Positions 9,654-19,623 of a DNA stretch of 64,000 nt are shown here, piece by piece. The DNA comes from Candidatus Shapirobacteria bacterium (GTDB taxonomy: Bacteria; Patescibacteriota; Microgenomatia; UBA12405): the NCBI GenBank assembly GCA_028704885.1, contig JAQWEN010000001.1, forward strand, positions 2,838 through 66,837, given 5' to 3'. The notes beneath the pieces were generated by a model. It did no database searches and was not told where the DNA came from. It was given only the letters and a program-made list of their open reading frames with translations. The first letter of the stretch is position 1; each line of letters starts with the position of its first letter. Both the position numbers and the translations under genes were made by a program.

Positions 9654-10689
9654 TAAAAATTCCAAAAATTAGAAAAGAACAGGCTAAAAAGAAATAAAGT
9701 TTTTGCTGGCTATTGAGAAAAAGGGAAACTATTCCAAGAATTAAACTAATTGCCCAATAAAAACAGGCAATTGAACGACGAGACCAACCAGCTTTGAGAA
9801 GTTGATGGTGAAAATGTTTGCCATCACCTAAATAAATGGGTTTTTTATTAATAATTCTTCGGATAATGGTATAAACAGCATCAAGCATAGGGATGAAGAG
9901 AAGAAAGATAAGAGTAGCTAGTTTGGCTCCAGAGAGAATAGCTAGAACAGCCAACAAAAAACCACCAAGACTTTTACCGCTGTAGCCTGGCATAATTGAC
10001 TGAGGAAAAAAATTAAAAGGGAGAAAGCCTAAATAAGAACCACAAACAGCACCAGCCAAAATAATAACCGGCCATTGAGTAATATCAGTTGAATAACGAA
10101 TAGCTAAAAGCCCAATGAAAAAGGCAGAAATAGAAACAAAACCAGGAAGTTGGCCGTCAACACCGGTAGCCCAACCAACAATATTCATACACCAAACAAT
10201 CCAAAAAACAGCTAAAAGATCAGGGATTAACCAAATACTATGTTGACCTAAAAAATTAAAATTTATTTTAATAAAGGAGAGGTCAATAATGCCACCAGTG
10301 AAAGGATTGGAAACAAAGGCGATACCAATACCAGAAGCAACGATAATTAAAGCAACAATAATATTAAAAAACAGGCGTATTTTAGGACTAATGTCTTTTA
10401 AGTCATCGAAAAGGCCAACAACTAAGGTAATAATACTAGCTAAAAGAATACCAATTAAATGTTTATCTAATGGTAAAAAAATAATCGCAGTAATGAGGAC
10501 GGCGATAAAAATAGGGATTCCTCCACCCCTGGGAACTGATGATAAAGCAGTAGCGTTGTGAGTTTTCTTTTGTTTATCTTCTGGATTTTCAATCCAATTT
10601 TTTTTAATAAAATAATTTCTGACTAGTGGAGTTAAAAGAAAGGAAAGACCGGCAGAAATTAAAATAGCCAGAAAAAATGAAAGTGGCAT
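9631..10689 (-). CDS. polyprenyl-phosphate sugar-1-phosphate transferase, MraY/WecA family
   Basis: About 10 TM segments; LFDDLKD, NIVGWATGVDG and C-terminal HFHHQLL motifs of glycosyltransferase family 4 (MraY/WecA). Confidence 0.7.
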   Translation of the reverse strand: MPLSFFLAILISAGLSFLLTPLVRNYFIKKNWIENPEDKQKKTHNATALSSVPRGGGIPIFIAVLITAIIFLPLDKHLIGILLASIITLVVGLFDDLKDISPKIRLFFNIIVALIIVASGIGIAFVSNPFTGGIIDLSFIKINFNFLGQHSIWLIPDLLAVFWIVWCMNIVGWATGVDGQLPGFVSISAFFIGLLAIRYSTDITQWPVIILAGAVCGSYLGFLPFNFFPQSIMPGYSGKSLGGFLLAVLAILSGAKLATLIFLLFIPMLDAVYTIIRRIINKKPIYLGDGKHFHHQLLKAGWSRRSIACFYWAISLILGIVSLFLNSQQKLYFFLACSFLIFGIFINFSKHK

Positions 10690-10690
10690 A

Positions 10691-11071
10691 TTAAGAAATT
10701 AGATTAATAATTCTAGTAAGAGAAATTGCAGAAAGAAGAGAAAAAACTAAAGAAAAAACAGTTAAAAGACGAGAAAATAAAGGAATGGTCTTTAAAAAAA
10801 AGGTAGCAATTAAATTATTTAAAAGAAGAATGATAATAGAAAAAGTTGGTAATAAAAACAAAGAAGTAGCGGAAGCTAATTGGTCTTCTCCCCATGGAAG
10901 AGAATAATATAGGGGAACTTGCTGAGGCAAACTATTAAATTTAATAAACAAAATAATTAATTGAAAGATAATTAAAACTAAATTCCATCTAAAGATATGA
11001 TGGTTAATTTTTTCTTGCCAAAAACTACCAAGAATCGATATTTGAGAAAAAAGTGAATTAAAAAATGACAT
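10691..11071 (-). CDS. small hydrophobic membrane protein, hypothetical
   Basis: 126 aa, 3-4 predicted TM helices, tightly packed in the same-strand cluster. Confidence 0.35.
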   Translation of the reverse strand: MSFFNSLFSQISILGSFWQEKINHHIFRWNLVLIIFQLIILFIKFNSLPQQVPLYYSLPWGEDQLASATSLFLLPTFSIIILLLNNLIATFFLKTIPLFSRLLTVFSLVFSLLSAISLTRIINLIS

Positions 11072-11072
11072 A

Positions 11073-12533
11073 TTATCTTAATTTAAAAATAGTTGCATTG
11101 CCGACGGTTTGGGCAATATAATAATAATTCTTTATAAAAAGATCTAGATCAGAAAAAGGACGGTTAGACATTTGATAATAAATAATAAATTTCGGTAAAT
11201 TGGCTTTAATTTTATCCATTGTCGATTGATAACCATTAAAATCTACAATATGATAAGCAACAGTATATTTTGAGGTGGGTAAAAGATTTGATAAAGCATA
11301 AATATAAGGTTCATCTCCCCAAATGAAAATTTTATCATCTTGAGTAGTATTTGATTTTATAAAATCGGAAATTTTATAGGTATCACTGACTTGAGGACCA
11401 AAATAATTTTGATAATCAGTAGTTGATTTTTTGCCTAAAGAATAGGAATAAAAATTATTATAGTATTTAAAAACCGGATAAAAATAAAATTTGAATTTGA
11501 AAAGAACTAGAGCCAAAAAGAAAAAAGAAAATAAAGATAAAAATTGAATTTTTTTGTCTTTAAAATTAAATATTTGAACAATAATTAGAACTAATGGAGG
11601 AAGGGCTTGAATTAAATAGTGAGGATAGGGACGACCAGAAAGTAGAACACCAAAAATAGTAGACGAAAACCAAAACAATAAGAAGGAAAAATTAGAAGGA
11701 ATTATCTTTTTTATTTTTAATAAATAAATTAAAGCCCAGGCAATTAATAAAATTACAAATCTAGAAACTATTCCCCCGCTGGCGGGCGAAGCACTTTGAG
11801 TGCCAGTAGACCAGGAAGAAAGATAACCAAAATTTTGAAGAAGACTGGCAACTAAAAATGGTTTAAAGGCACCTTGAAAATAATAATAAATACCCCAAAG
11901 AGTTATTGGTAAAAGAAAGGCAACAGTGAAAATAATAATATTTTTAATATTCAAAAAGGCTTTCTTAAAAGAAGTTAAATTGTCGATAAAAAGCCAAAGA
12001 CAAAGAAAGGCAAATTCAATGGCAACTGGAATTTTAATAGTAAAAGCCAAGCCAAGAAGAAAACCAGAAATAACAATTATATTTAAATTTGGTTTGTTTT
12101 TGGTTAATAAAAATACTCCAAAAAGAGTAGGAAGGAGCATAAAAACTTCAGCATTGGCAATATTACCCTCAAAGAGAGGAATTGAAGTTAATATTAAAAA
12201 AATAAAAGTAGCGATTTTAGAAACTTTGATTGATAAAAATTTTTGACTAAGACGATAAAAGAAATAAATAGTAGGAATCATAAAAAACAAGAGAAGAAGT
12301 CTAAATCCAAAAACAGTTTGAGAAAAAGCGGCTAGATAATAAAGGGATGGAGGTTTGTTGTCGTGAATTTGACTGTAAAGAGTCACCCCTTTTCTAATGG
12401 CTTGACCTAAAACTAAATAAATACCTTCGTCTCCATACCAGTAAGGTTCAAAAAGTGAGGGAATTCTTAAAAAAAGAAAAACTAAAAATAAAGTAATCCA
12501 ATATTTATATTTAATTAAAGTTTTAAACATCAC
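11073..12533 (-). CDS. GT-C membrane glycosyltransferase, GT39/ArnT (PMT_2)-like
   Basis: Polytopic; first loop YGDEGIYLVLGQAI...DNKPPL resembles the Dol-P-Man/ArnT-type transferase loop with the acidic DE motif. Confidence 0.6.
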   Translation of the reverse strand: MMFKTLIKYKYWITLFLVFLFLRIPSLFEPYWYGDEGIYLVLGQAIRKGVTLYSQIHDNKPPSLYYLAAFSQTVFGFRLLLLFFMIPTIYFFYRLSQKFLSIKVSKIATFIFLILTSIPLFEGNIANAEVFMLLPTLFGVFLLTKNKPNLNIIVISGFLLGLAFTIKIPVAIEFAFLCLWLFIDNLTSFKKAFLNIKNIIIFTVAFLLPITLWGIYYYFQGAFKPFLVASLLQNFGYLSSWSTGTQSASPASGGIVSRFVILLIAWALIYLLKIKKIIPSNFSFLLFWFSSTIFGVLLSGRPYPHYLIQALPPLVLIIVQIFNFKDKKIQFLSLFSFFFLALVLFKFKFYFYPVFKYYNNFYSYSLGKKSTTDYQNYFGPQVSDTYKISDFIKSNTTQDDKIFIWGDEPYIYALSNLLPTSKYTVAYHIVDFNGYQSTMDKIKANLPKFIIYYQMSNRPFSDLDLFIKNYYYIAQTVGNATIFKLR

Positions 12534-12545
12534 TTAAATAATACC

Positions 12546-14054
12546 TTAAACAATAGGCTTTTTGCTGGTCGTTTTGTATTCCAACCTTTTACCTAAAAAT
12601 AATTTAGTATGAGAATGAAGTCCAGGGAGAACTGACATAGTGAGAGTGGCTAATGGCATAAAAGGCCATTGAAATATATTTTTAAGAATGTTTTTGAAAC
12701 CTCTTTTTTGATTAGCCGGACGAAGTTTCCAGTCTAAAATTATTAAAACGAACATAGGAAGTAAACAAATAGTTAAAATAACATTGGAGATTCTAGGAAG
12801 ATTGTAACCCACTGCAGTTTGGAAAAATTTAGGATTAAGAATGACTGGAAGTGAAGTTCCCAAAGTAAGAATAAACCAATTACTGGACCAAATTAAATGA
12901 GTTTGAATTAATTTGAAAATTCTTAAAGCGCGAGTAATAAAAGGGATTTCCTTGTGAATTCTGGCCTGTTCAATGGCATAAGGAATATCAGTAGCACCCC
13001 AAGCATGACGAACGCACTGGCTATAACGATTTTTTAAAGCTGAAATATAATTTTTACCGTCTGGAGCATCAACTACAGTTGGTAAAAATATTGGTTCAAC
13101 CGCAGTTTTACCGCCACTACTAAAAAAAGTTTGTAAAAAAATGTGCCAATCTTCAGGAATCATATCCGGATCCCAATAACCAGCGGAATCGATTAATTTA
13201 TAAGATGAGGAATAACAAGAATAATTAAAAAATAAACCATCCGGTTCCTGAATATTGGCGATGTGAATAACATTACCCATTATTCCAATAATTCTAATAG
13301 GACCAGGAACTTGGTTAATGTTGTTATGCCAAAAAATTGGTGACTGCCAAAAACGGAAATAGCGATTTTGATTAGAAGCAAAATTATAAGTTAAAGCGGA
13401 AAAGTATTGAGGATTAAAGATGGTATCAACATCACAGGAAGTAAGAGTACAATTTTCAATTTTATATTTACCGGTGTCAATAAAAGTAGTTTTAAAATAT
13501 TTAGCCGCCCAGGCTTCATTGGTGTGTTTACCGGCAATTTCACCAGGAAGATTACCTGGATGTTCAGTAAAAATTAAATGACCAAAGGTGTTTTTATATT
13601 TTTTAGAAAAATAATCGATAGTTTGTTGATTATTCTCTTTTCCAGCTCTAGCCTCTTGACCAAGAACAACATGGATATTCTTTAAATTAATGTTGGTTTG
13701 AGCAGCTAAACTGCCAATGGCCATGTCAATGACTTCATTTGGTTCTTTATATGAAGAAATAATAACGACATGGTTAATATCACTTCTTTTAAGCCAATTA
13801 GTTTTAAAATCGGATTGAAATTTTTCCTGCCAATTAGTGGCTTTAGCAGTTTTAATTTTAAAATAACCAATAACAGCGAGAATGGCTGATTTAAAGGATT
13901 GATAAAGCCAATAAACTAAAAAAGCGATAACAAAATAGGCAACAGCTTTAGGAACAACAAAGGCACCCCAAATGGGGAAAAGGATAGTCATCCAAGCAAA
14001 AAAACCAGGAATCATTTCCCAAAGACGATATATTTTGGAATTTTTATTGATCAT
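12546..14054 (-). CDS. membrane-embedded family 2 glycosyltransferase (processive synthase-like architecture)
   Basis: Two N-terminal TMs, a cytosolic GT-A domain (VVIISSYKEP, DVD), a QCVRHAWG variant of the QxxRW motif and C-terminal TMs. Confidence 0.55.
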   Translation of the reverse strand: MINKNSKIYRLWEMIPGFFAWMTILFPIWGAFVVPKAVAYFVIAFLVYWLYQSFKSAILAVIGYFKIKTAKATNWQEKFQSDFKTNWLKRSDINHVVIISSYKEPNEVIDMAIGSLAAQTNINLKNIHVVLGQEARAGKENNQQTIDYFSKKYKNTFGHLIFTEHPGNLPGEIAGKHTNEAWAAKYFKTTFIDTGKYKIENCTLTSCDVDTIFNPQYFSALTYNFASNQNRYFRFWQSPIFWHNNINQVPGPIRIIGIMGNVIHIANIQEPDGLFFNYSCYSSSYKLIDSAGYWDPDMIPEDWHIFLQTFFSSGGKTAVEPIFLPTVVDAPDGKNYISALKNRYSQCVRHAWGATDIPYAIEQARIHKEIPFITRALRIFKLIQTHLIWSSNWFILTLGTSLPVILNPKFFQTAVGYNLPRISNVILTICLLPMFVLIILDWKLRPANQKRGFKNILKNIFQWPFMPLATLTMSVLPGLHSHTKLFLGKRLEYKTTSKKPIV

Positions 14055-14105
14055 CGAATGATTGATTATATCAAGATAGACTGTTTTTTGAGATAAAATA
14101 GTGAA

Positions 14106-14873
14106 ATGAGTATTTTAGCTTCAGTTAAAAAAACAATTGCTTATGCAAAAAAATATGGCGGAAACTTGACTGAAGAGCAATTATTTGAAAGATTAATTGA
14201 TGACAAGGCTTATACAAAAGAAGAAATAAATAAGTTTATAGAGTTATTAAGTTATAAAGTTATAAAGTCGGGAAAAAATAAGATATTAGAAGAGAAGATT
14301 AAAAAGGCCAAAGAGTTGGCAAAATTAATAGATAAACAATTTAAAGATATTTTGTTTTTGGGAATAACTGGATCAGTGGCAGCGGATTATCCTAAAAAGG
14401 ATGATGATATTGACATCATAATAATTACTAAAGTAAATAAATTGTGGATTACTAGGCTAAAATTAAGATTTTTTATAATTATTAATAAAATTCCCCATCG
14501 TAAATTTGAGAAAAAAGAAAAAAGGGACGAGTTTTGTTTTAATTTATGGTTAGACGAAAAATCATTGGAAATAAAAAACGAAAAACAAAATTTAAGAAAT
14601 GCAATGGATCTAATCTTAGTAAAAACATTAATAAATAAGGAAGGAACTTATGAAAAATTTATTAAGACTAATAATTGGGCAAAAAAATATGTAGCAACAG
14701 GCTATAATAATAAGTTGTTAGATTGTCAGATTGTCAGATTGTCAGATAAAACAAAAAATAATTTGGTTGATGAAATGGTTAACTGGTTGGTGTTTTGGCC
14801 GCAGTTTTGGTATATGAAAAAAAGGATAAAAAATGAAAAGATTAGCTTGCATCAAGCTTTCTTCCACCATTAA
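14106..14873 (+). CDS. Pol-beta superfamily nucleotidyltransferase domain protein
   Basis: GITGSVAADYPKKDDDIDIII matches the GS-x9-13-DxD NTase signature; contains an in-frame (GATTGTCA)x3 tandem repeat. Confidence 0.45.
   Translation: MSILASVKKTIAYAKKYGGNLTEEQLFERLIDDKAYTKEEINKFIELLSYKVIKSGKNKILEEKIKKAKELAKLIDKQFKDILFLGITGSVAADYPKKDDDIDIIIITKVNKLWITRLKLRFFIIINKIPHRKFEKKEKRDEFCFNLWLDEKSLEIKNEKQNLRNAMDLILVKTLINKEGTYEKFIKTNNWAKKYVATGYNNKLLDCQIVRLSDKTKNNLVDEMVNWLVFWPQFWYMKKRIKNEKISLHQAFFHH
14721..14747 (+). repeat. 8-bp tandem repeat (GATTGTCA)x3 plus GAT
   Basis: Direct reading; lies inside CDS 14106..14873, encoding LDCQIVRLSD. Confidence 0.8.
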
Positions 14874-14890
14874 ATGGTATAATAATACCA

Positions 14891-15514
14891 ATGCTTTCCC
14901 TGCCCAAAGAAAAAGTCCTAAAATATTCTGGCCGATTTTTTTTATTCCTGACTGGTTTAGTGGTTTTGTTTGGATCTTTAGTCTTGACTGGTTTAGAAAT
15001 TATGGCAAATGATAAAAAGACAAATAATTTGAGAAGTGTGCCGATTGAATACACGGTAGAAATGCCAAATGGTGAAAAAATAGCAAAAATTTATAAAGTT
15101 CCCGAAAGTAGAATTGGTCCAGAAAATGCCGAATATCTTATTAAAAAAATGAGAGACAGGTTATGGGTTGATTTAAGTAAAACGGCTAAGGATAAATCTG
15201 AGGTTTGTTTATTAATTGCTGACAAAAGAATGTTTGAAACAGTTGAATTAATTAAAAATAATAAAGATGAAGATTTAATTATAAAAACCCTAGATGAAAC
15301 AATTTGGCATTTAAAAGAATCTAAAAAAATGTTATCCGAGGAAAATAAAAAAGATATTGAAATATCGAAAGTTGATCAGCAAATTGATCGGGCTGGTTTA
15401 GCGTATGAAGATATAGTAAAATCTTTCAATTATAAAAACGAAAAAATAGATAAAATAATAAATGATCTTGAAAGCTGGAATCAAAAAAATATTAAAGAAG
15501 AAGGGGAAAATTAA
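14891..15514 (+). CDS. hypothetical membrane-anchored coiled-coil protein
   Basis: N-terminal TM then charged, helical-looking sequence; no recognisable motif. Confidence 0.35.
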   Translation: MLSLPKEKVLKYSGRFFLFLTGLVVLFGSLVLTGLEIMANDKKTNNLRSVPIEYTVEMPNGEKIAKIYKVPESRIGPENAEYLIKKMRDRLWVDLSKTAKDKSEVCLLIADKRMFETVELIKNNKDEDLIIKTLDETIWHLKESKKMLSEENKKDIEISKVDQQIDRAGLAYEDIVKSFNYKNEKIDKIINDLESWNQKNIKEEGEN

Positions 15515-17648
15515 AAATCTCTTTTTAAAAAAATGGTGGGTATTGGCCTTAATATTGATTGGATTGATAACTGTTTATTTGATTGAAGAGATACCAAATC
15601 CAACTAAATTGAGTAGTGGTGAATATCCACAATCGTCACAAATTTTGGATCGAAAGGGAAGGTTATTATTTGAAATTTATTCGGACAAAAGAAGAACTCC
15701 AGTTGAACTTAAAGAGATTCCTGATAGCCTTAAAAAAGCAACTTTGGCTATAGAAGATTTAAATTTTTATAAGCATAATGGTTTTGATTTTAGAGGTATT
15801 TTACGAGGACTTTATAGAAGTGTTTTTCAAAAAAGATTACAAGGAGGTTCAACTTTAACCCAACAATTGGTTAAAAATGCATTATTGACTCAAGAAAGAA
15901 CTATATCCCGAAAAATTAAAGAGGCAATTTTAACAGTGGCAACAGAAATACTTTATAGTAAAGACAAAATTTTGGAAATGTATTTCAATCAAACACCATA
16001 TGGGGGAACAATTTGGGGAGTACAGTCGGCAGCCAGAGGCTTTTTTAATAAAGACGTCAAAGATTTAGATTTAGCAGAAGCGTCATTGATAGCTGGATTA
16101 CCAGCATCTCCAACCAAATATAGTCCGTTTAGTCATCCAGAAGCGGCTAAGGCCAGACAGGAAATGGTTTTGACAAGGATGAACGAAGTGGGTTTTATTA
16201 GTAAAGAGGAAATGGAAAAAGCTAAAGCAGAAAAATTAAATTATTACTTGGATAAAACTGGAATTTTAGCACCTCATTTTGTTTTTTACGTTAAAGAACA
16301 ATTAACGGAAAAATACGGTTTAAAAAAATTAACAGAGGGTGGATTAAAAATAACAACTACCTTAGATTTAGATCTTCAAAAGATATCGGAAACAATAGTG
16401 GCATCGGAAGTGGCAAAATTGAAAAAATCAAATGTAACGAACGGGGCTGCTTTAATAACAGAACCAGGAAGCGGCAAAATTTTAGCAATGGTAGGATCGA
16501 TTGATTATTTTTCTAATGATATAGATGGTAAATATAATGTAGTGACGGCCCTAAGGCAGCCAGGATCATCAATTAAGCCATTAAATTATGCAGTAGGACT
16601 GGAATTGGGAAAAATAACGGCAGCATCGGTAATTGATGATGATCCAACTTGTTTTAAACAAATAAACCAAAAAGATTACTGTCCAACAAATTATGGCGGG
16701 GCTTATCATGGTTTACAAACAGTTAGAAATTCGTTAGCTAACTCATTAAATATTGGAGCAGTAAAAGTTTTAAAACTAAATGGAGTGGAAACTTTTATAG
16801 CCTCGGCTTCAGCAATGGGAATAACTACTTTTAAAGATCCAGAAAATTATGGATTTTCTTTAACTTTAGGTGGAGGTGAAGTTTATATGACAGATATGGC
16901 GACTGCATATGGAGTTTTGGCTAATATGGGAGTTAAACAAAATTTGACACCGATATTAAAAGTTGAAGATAAAGATGGAAAAACATTGGAAGAATTTAAA
17001 GAAAATCCTGGAGAAAGAGTATTGTCTCGAGAAACAAGTTATATTATTCAAAATATTTTGTCGGATGATGGAGCTAGAAGTATGGTTTTTGGAGCCGGAT
17101 CACTTTTAAATATTAAAAAACATCCAGAAGTGGCAGTGAAAACAGGAACCACAAATGATTTAAGGGATAACTGGACTTATGGTTATACTTCAGATTATGT
17201 AGTGGGAACCTGGGTGGGAAATAATGATAATTCAAAAATGAGAGGAGTGGTGTCGGGAACCAGCGGTGCAGCCCCAATTTGGAATAAAATAATGACAGAA
17301 ATATTAAAAGACAAAACAGTAAAAAAACCAGTAATGCCAACAAACATTATTGGAATTAATGTGTGTAATTTAACTGGCGGAGCAATTCCAGAGGGCGGCT
17401 GTGAATCGCATTATGAATATTTTAATAAGGAATTTTTACCAATGCAAACAAGCATGAGAACTAATGTATTAATTAATAAAGATACAGGGAGAATTGTGGT
17501 TGATGGAGAAGTAGCCGCAAATGCAGAATGGCAAGACCATACTGTTGTAACTGACATTGCAGGGGTTAAAATATGTTTAGACTGTCCTTTAGTTGGTGTT
17601 GGAAATACTGGTGATTTAAACAATAAACCAGCTTCAATTGTTAATTAG
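15462..17648 (+). CDS. class A penicillin-binding protein (transglycosylase/transpeptidase)
   Basis: GT51 motifs EDLNFYKHNGFD, GGSTLTQQLVKN and RKIKEA; transpeptidase SIKP, SLN and KTGT motifs. Confidence 0.85.
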   Translation: MILKAGIKKILKKKGKIKNLFLKKWWVLALILIGLITVYLIEEIPNPTKLSSGEYPQSSQILDRKGRLLFEIYSDKRRTPVELKEIPDSLKKATLAIEDLNFYKHNGFDFRGILRGLYRSVFQKRLQGGSTLTQQLVKNALLTQERTISRKIKEAILTVATEILYSKDKILEMYFNQTPYGGTIWGVQSAARGFFNKDVKDLDLAEASLIAGLPASPTKYSPFSHPEAAKARQEMVLTRMNEVGFISKEEMEKAKAEKLNYYLDKTGILAPHFVFYVKEQLTEKYGLKKLTEGGLKITTTLDLDLQKISETIVASEVAKLKKSNVTNGAALITEPGSGKILAMVGSIDYFSNDIDGKYNVVTALRQPGSSIKPLNYAVGLELGKITAASVIDDDPTCFKQINQKDYCPTNYGGAYHGLQTVRNSLANSLNIGAVKVLKLNGVETFIASASAMGITTFKDPENYGFSLTLGGGEVYMTDMATAYGVLANMGVKQNLTPILKVEDKDGKTLEEFKENPGERVLSRETSYIIQNILSDDGARSMVFGAGSLLNIKKHPEVAVKTGTTNDLRDNWTYGYTSDYVVGTWVGNNDNSKMRGVVSGTSGAAPIWNKIMTEILKDKTVKKPVMPTNIIGINVCNLTGGAIPEGGCESHYEYFNKEFLPMQTSMRTNVLINKDTGRIVVDGEVAANAEWQDHTVVTDIAGVKICLDCPLVGVGNTGDLNNKPASIVN

Positions 17649-19623
17649 GATGACTTTTTTTGAAATAATAATAAAAATCTTAATAGCAATAGGAAGGCCA
17701 TTTTTTTGGATTTTAAAAAAAATAAAATATTTACTGATAATAGGTGTTTTGCTGGTAATTGTTTTTAATATTTATCAATTTTTAACCAAGGAATTACCGG
17801 ATATAAATTTGATTTATAATCCACCAAAACTGTCGAGTAAAATAATGGATCGAAACGGAAACTTGCTTTATAAATTTTACGAAGAAGAAAATAGAACTTG
17901 GGTGAGTTTAGATAAAATTCCAAAAAAATTTATTGAAGCAACAATTTCAATTGAAGATAAAGATTTTTATAAACATGGAGGTTTGTCTTTTAGAGGAATA
18001 GTTAAAGCAACAATTCATAATTTTAGAAAGTCTGATGGTGATAAATTAAGAGGCGGATCAACGATTACACAACAATTGGTTAAAAATGTTTTTCTAACTA
18101 ATGAAAAATCATTTAAAAGGAAGATAAAAGAAGCAATTTTAACTTTAAAAATTGAAAGAAAGTTGACCAAGAATGAAATTTTGGAAAGGTATTTTAATCA
18201 AGTTTCTTACGGGGGTGAGGCTTATGGGGTTGAAGAGGCGGCACAAAAATATTTTGGAAAAAATATAGAGGAATTAAATGAAAGTGAAATGGTTTATTTG
18301 GCTGGATTGCCAGCAGCACCAAGTTCTTATTCCCCTTTCGGCAATAATCCAGAATTAGGAATTTCAAGACAAAAAAGAGTAGTAGAAGAAATGATTTCGG
18401 CTAAATATATTAATAAAGATGAGAGAGAAAAAATATTAAATCAGAAATTAGTTTTTAAAAAAAGAAAAGGAAAAATAGAGGCTCCCCACTTTGTTTTTTA
18501 TATTAAAAATTTGCTGGAAAACAAATATGGTTATATTAATTTTGAAAGACAAGGATTAAATATTTATACTAGTTTGGATTTAAATATTCAAAAAGAAGCA
18601 GAGAAAATTGTAAATCAAGAGATCGAAAGTGTTAAAAAATTGAAAATATCAAATGGAGCGGCGTTGGTGGTGGAAGTGAAAAATGGAGATATTTTAGCAA
18701 TGGTAGGGTCAAAAGATTATGAGGCAACTGATATTGATGGAAATGTAAATGTAACAACTTCCCTGAGGCAACCGGGATCATCAATTAAACCAATAAATTA
18801 TTTATTGGCTTTTGAAAAAGGAAATAGTCCTGATTCTTATATAGAAGATAGTCCAGTTAGTTATTATGTTCCCGGACAAAAGGTTTATTCTCCTCAAAAT
18901 TACAATGGCAAATATATGGGTAAAGTGACTTTAAGAACAGCATTGGCCTCGTCTTTAAATGTTCCTTCAGTAAAACTTTTGGCCGAAAATGGAGTAAATA
19001 ATATGATTGATTTGGCTGAAAGTATGGGAATAACAACATGGAAAGAAAGAAAGAGATATGGACTATCATTGGCATTGGGGAGCGGTGAAGTCAAAATGAC
19101 CGAGTTAGCACAAGCCTACAGTATTTTTGCCAATTTGGGAGAAAAAGTGGAAATAAATCCAATTTATAAAATAGATAATTATTTAGGAGAAAATATTTAT
19201 AAGAAAGAAAAAGAAACAAAAAAGATATTTGATCCAAATTTAGCTTTAACAATCAATAATATTTTGAGTGATGATAAGGCTAGATCCCCTATTTTTGGAT
19301 TGAATTCAAAATTAAAAATTGAAGGAAAAACTGTTGCGGTAAAAACGGGAACAACTAATAATTTAAAAGATAATTGGTGTATTGGTTGGACGCCAAATTA
19401 TTTAGTGGCAACTTGGGTGGGAAATAATGACGGTTCTCCAATGAGTTGGGTGGCATCAGGAGTGAGTGGAGCAACTCCAATATGGAACAGAATAATGACT
19501 AGAATTCTGAGTAATAAAATAGACGAACAATGGGCTGATTCGGTTTCACTGCCGGACGATAAAATTATTTTTGAAGAGAATACCAATATAACTGATCAAT
19601 TAAGCCAGGAATTAACTTTTTAG
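17638..19623 (+). CDS. class A penicillin-binding protein, second tandem paralog
   Basis: EDKDFYKHGGLS, GGSTITQQLVKN, SIKP, SLN and KTGT motifs. Confidence 0.85.
   Translation: MLIRMTFFEIIIKILIAIGRPFFWILKKIKYLLIIGVLLVIVFNIYQFLTKELPDINLIYNPPKLSSKIMDRNGNLLYKFYEEENRTWVSLDKIPKKFIEATISIEDKDFYKHGGLSFRGIVKATIHNFRKSDGDKLRGGSTITQQLVKNVFLTNEKSFKRKIKEAILTLKIERKLTKNEILERYFNQVSYGGEAYGVEEAAQKYFGKNIEELNESEMVYLAGLPAAPSSYSPFGNNPELGISRQKRVVEEMISAKYINKDEREKILNQKLVFKKRKGKIEAPHFVFYIKNLLENKYGYINFERQGLNIYTSLDLNIQKEAEKIVNQEIESVKKLKISNGAALVVEVKNGDILAMVGSKDYEATDIDGNVNVTTSLRQPGSSIKPINYLLAFEKGNSPDSYIEDSPVSYYVPGQKVYSPQNYNGKYMGKVTLRTALASSLNVPSVKLLAENGVNNMIDLAESMGITTWKERKRYGLSLALGSGEVKMTELAQAYSIFANLGEKVEINPIYKIDNYLGENIYKKEKETKKIFDPNLALTINNILSDDKARSPIFGLNSKLKIEGKTVAVKTGTTNNLKDNWCIGWTPNYLVATWVGNNDGSPMSWVASGVSGATPIWNRIMTRILSNKIDEQWADSVSLPDDKIIFEENTNITDQLSQELTF

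Noticed and set aside
19565-19623. 59-nt 3' overlap between the second PBP and the minus-strand hypothetical gene as evidence of a mis-call
   Set aside because: Convergent 3' overlaps of this size recur at several junctions in this dense genome (9631..9653, 31990..32015, 24983..24996). Both ORFs were kept, but the boundaries are flagged as uncertain.
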